A DNA stretch of 25,647 bases from Kiritimatiellota bacterium (GTDB lineage: Bacteria; Verrucomicrobiota; Kiritimatiellia; Kiritimatiellales; Tichowtungiaceae): positions 1 through 25,647 of the forward strand of contig JACNKZ010000074.1 of the NCBI GenBank assembly GCA_014381785.1, in the 5' to 3' direction. Each line of letters opens with the position of its first letter. Position 1 is the stretch's first letter. The notes under the pieces are model-generated. The model was not told the DNA's origin. It worked only from the letters and a program-made list of their open reading frames with translations, and did no database searches. Both the position numbers and the translations under genes were made by a program. Below are positions 1-7,103 of the stretch, one piece after another.

Positions 1-86
1 GGTTCACCGTGGCCGCTGTTGACCTCGATCTCCACCGTGTAGGCATCCACACCGTACACCGCACCCGAAAACACTTTCGCCAGCAT
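1..86 (-). CDS. YifB/ComM-family Mg-chelatase-like AAA+ ATPase, N-terminal fragment (gene continues beyond window start)
   Basis: Minus-strand ATG at 86 reads MLAKVFSGAVYGVDAYTVEIEVNSGHGE and stays open to position 1. This resembles the conserved YifB/ComM N-terminus (MLAxVxSxxxxGxxAxxVxVEV). It is absent from the ORF track because there is no in-window stop. An in-frame upstream ATG at 125 is an alternative start. Confidence 0.55.
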   Translation of the reverse strand, partial: MLAKVFSGAVYGVDAYTVEIEVNSGHGE

Positions 87-174
87 AAATTTGTACTCCG
101 TACTGATTAAGTCGCTTTTCGGCATTGTGCGGATTGCCATCCACATCGGCAAGAAGGTTTAGCGTGAAAACAGT

Positions 175-283
175 TTCCAAACATTGGAACCGGCGCGGTC
201 ACCGCCCGCACCTACAGATCTGTAGCCACGCACGACGGGCGCGGTTGTCCTGCCCTTGGAAAAAATTCTTCCAAACTTTGGAA
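175..283. repeat. Iterated palindrome copies (TTCCAA-N3-TTGGAA) in the comM-upstream spacer
   Basis: Perfect copies at 175-189 (ACA core) and 269-283 (ACT). A degenerate copy GTCCTGCCCTTGGAA lies at 247-261. The 14-bp palindrome CTACAGATCTGTAG at 212-225 sits between them. Confidence 0.9.
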
Positions 284-405
284 GCGAGGGGTAGGGCGAC
301 GCCTCCGGCGGAGCCGCCTTTTCAGTTCTGCGGCTCACCGGGACGGTTCGCCCCACCTTAAGAATGCGCCTTGAAAAAGGGAGGGTTTGGCTCTACAAAG
401 CGGGC

Positions 406-597
406 ATGACAACGGTAAAAGAAATCGAAAAAGCGGTTGAGCATCTTCCGCCCAAAGATTTGAACCAGTTCCGCAACTGGTTCGAGGCATTTGAGGCCGC
501 CGCATGGGATCGGCAGTTGGAGGCTGATGCCCGTAGTGGACGCCTTGACCTTCTGGCGAATGAAGCCCGCGAAGAATACAGACGAGTAATTCGCTGA
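406..597 (+). CDS. Small conserved hypothetical protein, weakly antitoxin-like (addiction-module-component style), no toxin partner nearby
   Basis: ORF 364..597. The internal ATG at 406 gives MTTVKEIEKAVEHLPPKDLNQFRNWFEAFEAAAWDRQLEADARSGRLDLLANEAREEYR. The pattern LPxxxxxxFRxWFxxF..WDxQxExD..xGxLD recalls small antitoxin-like proteins. The functional call is from memory only. Confidence 0.4.
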   Translation: MTTVKEIEKAVEHLPPKDLNQFRNWFEAFEAAAWDRQLEADARSGRLDLLANEAREEYRRVIR

Positions 598-610
598 TTG
601 ATATTCACTT

Positions 611-677
611 TTCCAACCCTTGGAAACATCCGCGTTGATCCATGTTCATCCGCGGTTAAATCTTCCGATCATTGGAA
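611..677. repeat. Iterated palindrome copies at the convergent junction of the small ORF and the helicase
   Basis: 611-625 TTCCAACCCTTGGAA (perfect) and 663-677 TTCCGATCATTGGAA (1 mismatch). Centres are 52 bp apart. Confidence 0.9.
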
Positions 678-700
678 ACCATTCGTGACGATTCGCGGTC
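628..700. repeat. 10-bp-period short tandem repeat modules downstream of the helicase
   Basis: ATCCGCGTTG/ATCCATGTTC/ATCCGCGGTT (628-657) and ATTCGTGACG/ATTCGCGGTC (681-700). Confidence 0.7.
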
Positions 701-705
701 AATCC

Positions 706-2637
706 CTAAAAAAATCCACGGTCTTTTTGCAAGAGATGCGGAGGGATTTCGTTGATGAAGCGGGAGGGCTCTAAAAAGATGATGCCGCCGTCGCGCTGGC
801 GGCGCACCTCGGGGCTGCACAGGAAGAGGTGGTCTTCGGCGCGGGTGACGGCGACGTAGAACAGCCGTCGCTCTTCGGAATCCCCCGCCTCTTCGATCGA
901 TTTGGTGCCCGGGAACATGCTCTCACACAGGAAGAGCACAAAGACCGCCTTGAACTCCAGTCCTTTGGCCTGATGAATGGTGCTGAGGCGCAGGGAGTCG
1001 GCCGGATCGGTGTCGGTTCGTGTGTCGCCCTCCGCATCGAGGTTCGAGAGCAGGGCGATTTCGCTGAGAAACGCCTCGGTGGTTTCAAATTTGGTGGTGA
1101 AGTCGATCAGTCCATCGAGATCTTCGGCGCGGTATTTGGAGTTATCAAAATTTTCTACCATGAACTCGTTGTAGAACGCCTTATTGAAACGGTAGACGAT
1201 TTCGCCGGGGTCGGCGTCGAGGGTTTCTTCGCGGTAAGCCAGAAAGACCGGCTCGATTTTTTTCCATTCGTCGCGCGCGGCGGCGGGCAGGGCGGTTTCA
1301 ACCTGCATACAGACCTCTTTGCGCTGCAGATTCACCCGTCCGCCGAGGGTTCGGAAAATTTTGAGCGAGGTCTTTTTTCCAACCTTTGGAAAAAGTTCCA
1401 ACAGACGGGTGAAGGCCAGCTCGTCGCCGGGGTTGACCAGGATCCGCAGTACGGTGCAGACGTCTTTGATGTGCGCCTGCTCGAAGAACCGGACGCCGGA
1501 GGTGACGATGTAGGGCATGGACGCGCGCGCCAGCTCCATCTGCAGTTCCATGGCGTGGAAGTGGGAGCGGTAGAGCACGCACATGTCCGAAGGGGAAATC
1601 CCTTCGCGGCGGAGCATCTGTACCTTTTCGATAATGTAGCGCGCCTGCGCACTGCCGTCGCGCAGTCCGGCGAGGACGGGATAGGCCCCTTCCGGACGGA
1701 CGGCTTTGAGTTCTTTCTGGAACTGGTCGGGATTGCCGGCAATCGCCGCGTTGGCGACCTCGAGGATTTCCGGCGTGGAGCGATAGTTGATCTGCAGCTT
1801 AAATTCGCGTGTGCCGGGATAGTGGCGTCCGAAGTCGAGAAAGTTGCGGAAGTCGGCGCCGCGCCACGAGTAGATGCTCTGGAAGTCGTCCCCCACCACC
1901 ATGATGTTCTGATGGACCTTGGCGAGCAGCTCCACCATGCGCGCCTGAATGGCGTTGGTGTCCTGATACTCATCGACAAGGATGTATTGAAACTCCTCCT
2001 GATAGAACCGCAGGATCTGTTCGTTTTGTTCGAGCAGCTTCAGGGCGTAGGAAAGGAGATCGTCGAAGTCCATCGCGTTCTGCTCTTTCTTGCGCTTCTG
2101 ATAGAGGTCGTGCACGCGGATGACATCTTCGAAGTCCACCTCGGTGTGTTCGAAGCGCTCAGCCAGCCCGTCGGCCAGATCGCCCATCTGTCCGCCGATG
2201 ACGCCGAAGATGCTTTGCAGCACCTGCGGCTTGGGAAAATGCTTTTTATCCATCTTCAGGTCGTCCGCGCAGGATCCGAGCAGCTTTTTGGAGTCGTCGG
2301 CGTCGAGGATGGCGAAGTTGTTGTCGAAGCCGACGCGCGGCGCGTGCGAGCGCAGGATGCGGTTGGCGAAGCGGTGGAATGTGCCGCTATAGCCGCTGGT
2401 GAAGGGGCGGTTGACCAGCCGTTCCGCGCGCTCAAGCATTTCGCCGGCGGCTTTGTTCGTGAAGGTCAGCAGTAGCATGTTGCGCGGGTCGAGCCCGCGC
2501 TCTTTCACCAGCCAGGCCAGACGATAGACCAGCGTGCGGGTTTTACCGGTTCCGGCCGCGGCAATGACGAGCGCCGGCCCGTCCGGAGCGGTGACGGCGG
2601 CGTACTGCTCTTCGTTGAGTTCCTTTTTGAAATTCAT
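706..2637 (-). CDS. UvrD/PcrA/Rep-family superfamily 1 ATP-dependent DNA helicase (643 aa)
   Basis: Motif I AAAGTGKT, motif II VDEYQDTN, motif III VGDDFQSIYSWRGA, NYRS, TIHQAKGLEF and YVAVTRAEDHL are all present in canonical order. Confidence 0.93.
   Translation of the reverse strand: MNFKKELNEEQYAAVTAPDGPALVIAAAGTGKTRTLVYRLAWLVKERGLDPRNMLLLTFTNKAAGEMLERAERLVNRPFTSGYSGTFHRFANRILRSHAPRVGFDNNFAILDADDSKKLLGSCADDLKMDKKHFPKPQVLQSIFGVIGGQMGDLADGLAERFEHTEVDFEDVIRVHDLYQKRKKEQNAMDFDDLLSYALKLLEQNEQILRFYQEEFQYILVDEYQDTNAIQARMVELLAKVHQNIMVVGDDFQSIYSWRGADFRNFLDFGRHYPGTREFKLQINYRSTPEILEVANAAIAGNPDQFQKELKAVRPEGAYPVLAGLRDGSAQARYIIEKVQMLRREGISPSDMCVLYRSHFHAMELQMELARASMPYIVTSGVRFFEQAHIKDVCTVLRILVNPGDELAFTRLLELFPKVGKKTSLKIFRTLGGRVNLQRKEVCMQVETALPAAARDEWKKIEPVFLAYREETLDADPGEIVYRFNKAFYNEFMVENFDNSKYRAEDLDGLIDFTTKFETTEAFLSEIALLSNLDAEGDTRTDTDPADSLRLSTIHQAKGLEFKAVFVLFLCESMFPGTKSIEEAGDSEERRLFYVAVTRAEDHLFLCSPEVRRQRDGGIIFLEPSRFINEIPPHLLQKDRGFF
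1377..1391. repeat. Iterated palindrome copy inside the helicase CDS
   Basis: TTTTTTCCAACCTTTGGAAAAAG, perfect with T/A-run flanks. Translated on the minus strand as FPKVGKK. Confidence 0.9.
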
Positions 2638-2741
2638 AGACCGCCGATTAAATCACGGCCGGTTGACGGGGGAAACTTTAAACTACTGAGTGAAAAGTCC
2701 CATACCTCTACAGGTACGGGATAATAATATTTATAATCATC

Positions 2742-2770
2742 TTGTGTTTATATAGTTATGAAAATATATC
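2742..2770 (+). promoter_or_regulatory. Candidate sigma70-like promoter in the AT-rich spacer upstream of the ArsR-like gene
   Basis: TTGTGT (2742-2747), 17-nt spacer, TATATC (2765-2770). It lies in a very AT-rich stretch (about 2700-2790) within otherwise GC-rich DNA. GGAGG at 2795-2799 follows, 5 nt before the ATG at 2805. The match is weak and many alternatives exist. Confidence 0.3.
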
Positions 2771-2804
2771 TCTGATGGTTTTAGCTTAAGCAATGGAGGT
2801 TGTT

Positions 2805-3350
2805 ATGGAACTGCGAAGAGGCCTTTGGAAAACGTGCCGAGTGATTGCTTCGGAAACCCGGTTGAAGATGTTGTGGTATCTTTTTGCAGAAGGGGAGTTA
2901 ACGGTGATGGAGTGCAGCCAGTTTATGAGATTGTCGCCGTCGAACACGAGCTTCCAGCTGAAGATGCTGCGCGAGTGCGGTCTGGTCATTTCGCGTCGGG
3001 AAAAGATGGAGGTATTTTGCCGGGCGGAGGCGAACAGCGCGGTGGAGTTTGCACCAGAGGTTCTGGAGGCGCTGAGGAGATGTCATGAGTTGGGTGTTTC
3101 TTTCAAAACATTGATTCGTCACGCGACAGCTTTTACTCATGAGCGACGGATCGAAATTTTGCGGGCACTGCGCGGGAGGTCATTGTCGGCGTTGGCGTTG
3201 CGGGATGCGACGGGAATGTCATCCTCTGCATTCTGTCGCCATCTGGATAAGCTAATACGGCGGGGTTACGTGAGGAATCTCGACAGGTCGTGTCGCATTG
3301 GGATCCCAGCGAATACGTTGGGCCGGACGCTGTTAAAGCTGGCGACTTGA
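2805..3350 (+). CDS. ArsR/SmtB-like transcriptional regulator with two tandem winged-HTH domains
   Basis: ORF 2793..3350. Start 2805 is preferred because of GGAGG 5 nt upstream. There are two ArsR-type segments. The first is RVIASETRLKMLWYLFAEGELTVMECSQFMRLSPSNTSFQLKMLRECGLVISRRE. The second is AFTHERRIEILRALRGRSLSALALRDATGMSSSAFCRHLDKLIRRGYV. GC content is visibly lower than in neighbouring genes. Confidence 0.7.
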   Translation: MELRRGLWKTCRVIASETRLKMLWYLFAEGELTVMECSQFMRLSPSNTSFQLKMLRECGLVISRREKMEVFCRAEANSAVEFAPEVLEALRRCHELGVSFKTLIRHATAFTHERRIEILRALRGRSLSALALRDATGMSSSAFCRHLDKLIRRGYVRNLDRSCRIGIPANTLGRTLLKLAT

Positions 3351-3364
3351 TAGGCGAGTTGTTT

Positions 3365-3462
3365 TTCCAATGCTTGGAAAAAAGACTGAGGCTAAAAATT
3401 TTTGAGCACCTGTTTTTCCAATGTTTGGAAGCAGGGATCGGTTATTTTTCCAAACATTGGAA
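3365..3462. repeat. Cluster of three perfect iterated palindromes between the ArsR-like and yihY 3' ends
   Basis: 3365-3379 (TGC), 3416-3430 (TGT), 3448-3462 (ACA). Centre spacings are 51 and 32 bp. Confidence 0.95.
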
Positions 3463-4687
3463 AATCGGCGGCCAGACCGAGCGCGGTGGGTGCGGTGCCG
3501 TCGTCGAGAATCGCGTCGGTGATGTCGCGGGCGGTGATGTTGAGCGGGTTGCGCAGCAGCGTGTAGCAGGAGGGGTTTTCGGCCGATTCCGCCACTAACC
3601 CGGCTTGCGCCAGCGTATGGATGACGTCGTTGATGAGGCGAATGGGGATTCGGTTTTCTATTCCGTAGGCGATGGTGTCGAACGGCGGTTCGGGAGACTC
3701 AAATTTGTCGGTGATTTTTTTCATGAGCGCGACGGCGAGGCAGAGGCGGGCGCGGGCGCTGGGCGTGACGGCGAGGCGTTCGCGGGCATAGGTGCCGGCG
3801 TTCTGAACCGAGAAGGCGACCTCCGCGCCCATCAGCAGAATCATCCAGCTCATCTGAACCCAGAAGAGGAAAATCGGGATGGCGGCCAGGGCCCCGTAGA
3901 TTTTGTTGTATTTGCTGACGCCGACGCCGAGTTTGATGATGCCGTACTGGAAGGCGATAGAGAGCAGCGCGGCGATGAATGCGCCGGTGAAGGCGGCGGA
4001 GAAGTTGACTTTGGTGTTGGGTAGAAAGAGATAAACGATGCTGAACGCGATCGCCATTGTGAAGACTGGGACCAGCTGCAGACCGATTTTCAAGAGGGGG
4101 CCCATCCATTCCAGTCGGCTGGCGAAGCCCATGATCACCGGCTGTCCGGAGGTGGCGACGATCATCAGAATTGGCGCCGCGACCATGATGACGATGTAGT
4201 TGCGGATTTTATCGATCAGGGTGCGCGATGTTTTTACTCCCCAGACCATATTGAATGTTTCTTCGATATTGCTGAGCATTTTGATGGCGATCCACAGGAA
4301 GAGGATGGTGCCGATCGAGCCGAGAGCTCCGGCGCTGGCTGATTCCACGGTGGTAATGATGTTGGTAATTGCCTGTTGGAAGGCGTCGGGCATTCCTGCT
4401 GTTTTTTCGAGCAGCATCTCACTCGCCCTTTCAAAGCCGAGTCCTTTGGCGATGGCGAAGAGAATGACGAGAAAGGGGACAAGCGCCATGACGGAAATAA
4501 AGGTGAGGGCCGAGGCGTGGATGGGGCACTTGTCTTCCTTGAAGCCTTTGATCACGAGCATACACACGCGCAGGAATTTGAGGCCGGCGGCGCGCGCTTT
4601 GGTCAGGGATGTCGGTTCCAACTCCCACAGGCCCTGTGAGAGAAAGGTTTTAATTGTGTCGCCGATTTCGCCTGCTTTTTTTTTCAT
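3392..4687 (-). CDS. YihY/virulence factor BrkB family inner-membrane protein with C-terminal soluble extension
   Basis: Start MKKKAGEIGDTIKTF at 4687, because the ORF-track start at 4762 adds an implausible leader. It has multiple TM segments and the family-typical ASALTFISVMALVPFLV. The last ~24 codons (3392-3465) are read through two copies of the iterated palindrome. Confidence 0.8.
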   Translation of the reverse strand: MKKKAGEIGDTIKTFLSQGLWELEPTSLTKARAAGLKFLRVCMLVIKGFKEDKCPIHASALTFISVMALVPFLVILFAIAKGLGFERASEMLLEKTAGMPDAFQQAITNIITTVESASAGALGSIGTILFLWIAIKMLSNIEETFNMVWGVKTSRTLIDKIRNYIVIMVAAPILMIVATSGQPVIMGFASRLEWMGPLLKIGLQLVPVFTMAIAFSIVYLFLPNTKVNFSAAFTGAFIAALLSIAFQYGIIKLGVGVSKYNKIYGALAAIPIFLFWVQMSWMILLMGAEVAFSVQNAGTYARERLAVTPSARARLCLAVALMKKITDKFESPEPPFDTIAYGIENRIPIRLINDVIHTLAQAGLVAESAENPSCYTLLRNPLNITARDITDAILDDGTAPTALGLAADFPMFGKITDPCFQTLEKQVLKNF

Positions 4688-4812
4688 CTTCGCTCTCCTT
4701 GTCCGCTGAGGGCACCATAAAGAGCTTCCGGTCGGAAATAAAACCCAAAAACAGGGTTTCACCGAAAGGGGGAGTGTGGCTTAATCGCGCCTCGTTTTCA
4801 GAAAGGAAAAAA

Positions 4813-5190
4813 ATGATGAGCGACCAACCCGAAAAAATCAGCGATGTGAAAATGGATACAGCCAACCTGTATCGCGAAGAGGCTTATACCGATCTTAAAA
4901 CCGGCGGAATCCGCAAACTGGTTCCAATCAAACTGGATGGTTCTGAAGATGAATCCCGTCCGGCGGTATTCAGCGGCCACACGCAGGTGATGAGCCCGCA
5001 CGGCCCGGTTCCGATTCAGGGCGTAATCGAAGCCAACACTCTTGAAGAAGCTGTGCTCGGTTTCCCGCTGGCGATGGAGAGCGCCATGAATCAAATGGTT
5101 GAAGAGGCGCAGCGGATGCAGCGCGAACAGGCCAACAGGATCGTTACGCCTGGCGACCTGAAAAAAGATAACGGCGGCATTATCGTTTAA
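4813..5190 (+). CDS. Conserved hypothetical cytoplasmic protein (125 aa)
   Basis: ATG at 4813 is preceded by AAAGGAAAAA and followed by a clean intrinsic terminator. The protein MMSDQPEKISDVKMDTANLYREEAYTDLKTGGIRKLVPIKLDG... has no assignable domain from memory. Confidence 0.6.
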   Translation: MMSDQPEKISDVKMDTANLYREEAYTDLKTGGIRKLVPIKLDGSEDESRPAVFSGHTQVMSPHGPVPIQGVIEANTLEEAVLGFPLAMESAMNQMVEEAQRMQREQANRIVTPGDLKKDNGGIIV

Positions 5191-5209
5191 AACGCCCCGT
5201 TGCTTCGCG

Positions 5210-5243
5210 AAAACCGCCTCCAAATCTGGGGCGGTTTTTTTTT
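5210..5243 (+). terminator. Rho-independent terminator after the 4813..5190 gene
   Basis: AAAACCGCC - loop - GGCGGTTTTTTTTT. GC-rich stem 5213-5218 / 5230-5235 followed by a 9-T run. Confidence 0.8.
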
Positions 5244-5372
5244 CGGCATACCCCATGCTTTGATTTGATCTCATTACGTATTTTTTAGGGGTAAAAGATA
5301 CAATAATGAAAGTTTCGGCGTGCACCTGCCACAAAGATGTTTTTGTGCGGAAAAGGAGCGGGGGGATGGGGA

Positions 5373-5858
5373 ATGACCAAGCTAATGGATAAAAATCAAG
5401 AAGCTGCTGCGGATGCCTTTTGGATTCGGCCGGCTTCTCATGAGGATGTGCGATCGATGACGCGACTGCTTCAGGAGCTGTTCGCCGTGGAAACCGAATT
5501 TGAATTTGACGAAGAAAAGCAGCGTTGCGGGCTCGAAATGCTGCTGGACTCGCCCACGGCAGGCATCTGGGTAGCGGATCGTCGCGGTCGGGTGGTCGGA
5601 ATGGTGGCCGTTCAGCTCGTTGTGTCCACAGCGGAAGGTGCCTTTTCGGGCTGGCTGGAAGATCTGGTGGTTTCCTCTGCGTATCGCCGGCGCGGACTCG
5701 GCAAAGCATTGTTGAAGTCGGCGGTAAACTGGGCGCAGGACCAAGGTGCCTCGCGGATTCAATTACTGGCAGACAGTCGTAACGTGCCGGCGCTGATTTT
5801 CTACCGACGGCAGGAGTGGCTTCAAACCAACATGATTGCCCTGCGCCGGAAAGCCTGA
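5373..5858 (+). CDS. GNAT-family N-acetyltransferase
   Basis: Acetyl-CoA motif YRRRGLGKALL and typical GNAT length. Start 5373 (MTKLMDK) was chosen within ORF 5337..5858. 5385 is also possible. Confidence 0.8.
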   Translation: MTKLMDKNQEAAADAFWIRPASHEDVRSMTRLLQELFAVETEFEFDEEKQRCGLEMLLDSPTAGIWVADRRGRVVGMVAVQLVVSTAEGAFSGWLEDLVVSSAYRRRGLGKALLKSAVNWAQDQGASRIQLLADSRNVPALIFYRRQEWLQTNMIALRRKA

Positions 5859-5895
5859 TCCGGAATCGATCACAAAATCGATAAGGACTGGAGCC

Positions 5896-6438
5896 TTATT
5901 TGGCTGTAAGTAGATTTTTGTTCTGCACAAAGTAGTGCCAGCCGCTCCAGATGGAGAGCGCGGTGACGAACAGCCCGCCCCACCAGAGGATCGTACCGCA
6001 TTTGTCCAAACAGTGGAAAACGCCGGCGAACAGAACAACGAGGATGAAGACCATCTGCCAGATGGTCTTGTGTTTCCCCCAGATGCCCGCAGCCAGCACG
6101 ATGCCTTTGTCGGCGGCGAGCAGCCGCAGACCGGTCACCATAAATTCACGGGAGAGAATCAGCGTGACCATCCAGGCGGGCATAACCCCCAACTCGATAA
6201 ACCCGATGAAGGCGGCGGCGGTCAGGACTTTGTCGGCCAGCGGATCCATCAGCTTGCCGAAATCGGTGCAGCCGTAAACGGTCCGGGCGAGGTGCCCGTC
6301 AAGCGCGTCGGTGAGCGCGGCGAGCGCAAAAACCACCAGCGCCAGAATCATGGAGCCGGGGAAGGTGATGCTGAGGCAGACCATTAAAAGAGCGGCCATG
6401 CCGAAACGGCTGAGGGTAAGAATGTTGGGTGGGTTCAT
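5896..6438 (-). CDS. pgsA: CDP-diacylglycerol--glycerol-3-phosphate 3-phosphatidyltransferase (CDP-alcohol phosphatidyltransferase family)
   Basis: CDP-alcohol motif DALDGHLARTVYGCTDFGKLMDPLADKV (D-G-x2-A-R-x8-G-x3-D-x3-D). 180 aa with multiple TM segments. Confidence 0.88.
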   Translation of the reverse strand: MNPPNILTLSRFGMAALLMVCLSITFPGSMILALVVFALAALTDALDGHLARTVYGCTDFGKLMDPLADKVLTAAAFIGFIELGVMPAWMVTLILSREFMVTGLRLLAADKGIVLAAGIWGKHKTIWQMVFILVVLFAGVFHCLDKCGTILWWGGLFVTALSIWSGWHYFVQNKNLLTAK

Positions 6439-6440
6439 AG

Positions 6441-6480
6441 AAAGAGTTTCGGGTTCAGAGTTTCAAGTTTCGAATTTCCA
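6441..6480. repeat. Short tandem repeat module (AGTTTC units) immediately upstream of the pgsA start
   Basis: AGAGTTTC-GGGTTC-AGAGTTTC-AAGTTTCG-AATTTCC fills the pgsA/RodZ-like intercistronic gap. No SD is visible. Confidence 0.65.
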
Positions 6481-6483
6481 ACC

Positions 6484-7092
6484 TCAGTTGGTTTCAATTT
6501 TTCCGGGTTCGGTGAGGTAGAGATCTGGCAGGGGCTCCTCAAGCAGCATGCGGGCCGGTGCGATGGCGGGGGTCTCCGGTTTTTCGACCGCATGTTTGCG
6601 CACGCAGGTGGAAACAGAGCCGACGAGGGCCGCCAGCACCAGAAGCCCGGCGATGACCCCGGCGGCCACGCGGATATCCTTGAGCGGGCCAAGGGGCACC
6701 TTTTTGATTCCGCCGGAGAGGAGTCCGCCGAGAGGCGCGAGCCAGGCGAACGGGGTGCCGCTTTTTGTGGTGGATCGGTTCGTGTGGTTGGGGAAGATGC
6801 GGGAGTCCTGCGTGTTCTGTTCGAGCTGACTGCTTTCGTCGATCAGCCGCCGCGGGCCGCCCGCGTGTTTTTCGATGTATTCGTCCACCAGCGGGGCGGG
6901 GTCGAGGCCGAGGTATTCCGCATACAGACGGATGAAGCCTTTGGCGTAGGTCGGGGCGGCCATCACCGAAAAATCATCAGCTTCCATGGCGACAATAATC
7001 TTCGTCAGGATTTTGGTCGCGGCAGCCGCCTCGGATTCCGAGGCTCCTTTGGCTTCGCGTGCGGCTTTGAATTGCTGTCCGAGTGTGGCCAT
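6484..7092 (-). CDS. RodZ-like HTH domain membrane protein
   Basis: The N-terminal Cro/C1-type HTH region (LGQQFKAAREAKGASESEAAAATKILTKIIVAMEADDF...YAKGFIRLYAEYLGLD) is typical of RodZ. There is a single TM segment IRVAAGVIAGLLVLAALVGSV. AGGAGA SD lies upstream of the ATG at 7092. Confidence 0.6.
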   Translation of the reverse strand: MATLGQQFKAAREAKGASESEAAAATKILTKIIVAMEADDFSVMAAPTYAKGFIRLYAEYLGLDPAPLVDEYIEKHAGGPRRLIDESSQLEQNTQDSRIFPNHTNRSTTKSGTPFAWLAPLGGLLSGGIKKVPLGPLKDIRVAAGVIAGLLVLAALVGSVSTCVRKHAVEKPETPAIAPARMLLEEPLPDLYLTEPGKIETN

Positions 7093-7103
7093 GGCGTGCT
7101 CTC

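Noticed and set aside
611-625. Iterated palindromes as Rho-independent terminators at convergent junctions.
   Set aside because: The stem is short and A/T-rich, with the T-run 5' and the A-run 3' in both orientations, so no U-tail follows the hairpin. Bona fide terminators in this window (5210-5243, 21104-21138, 21655-21690) look quite different.
829-2475. 548-aa ORF on the plus strand, antisense to the helicase. Similar long shadow ORFs occur at 6592..7599, 7761..8585, 4798..5709, 20050..20706 and 23743..24864.
   Set aside because: They lie opposite genes with unambiguous conserved motifs. Their translations are low-complexity and Gly/Arg/Ala/Val-rich, as expected for stop-poor antisense frames in GC-rich DNA. 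They have no recognisable domains.
364-2637. Small antitoxin-like ORF plus UvrD-type helicase as a toxin-antitoxin or defence module.
   Set aside because: No toxin ORF is adjacent. The two genes are convergent, not co-transcribed. The helicase has a complete housekeeping UvrD/PcrA motif set, and no nuclease, methylase or other defence partner lies nearby.
3365-3462. Regularly spaced short repeats as a possible CRISPR array (also 23881-24043).
   Set aside because: The repeat is only 15 bp and palindromic, spacers are 17-59 bp and irregular, there are at most 3-4 units, and no cas genes are present. Copies are also scattered singly inside genes.
6471-6495. TTCCAACCTCAGTTGGTTT at the RodZ-like stop codon as a palindrome family member.
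   Set aside because: The loop is 4-6 nt rather than 3 and the right arm reads TTGGTT. It is a different small hairpin (CCAAC/GTTGG) and was not counted.
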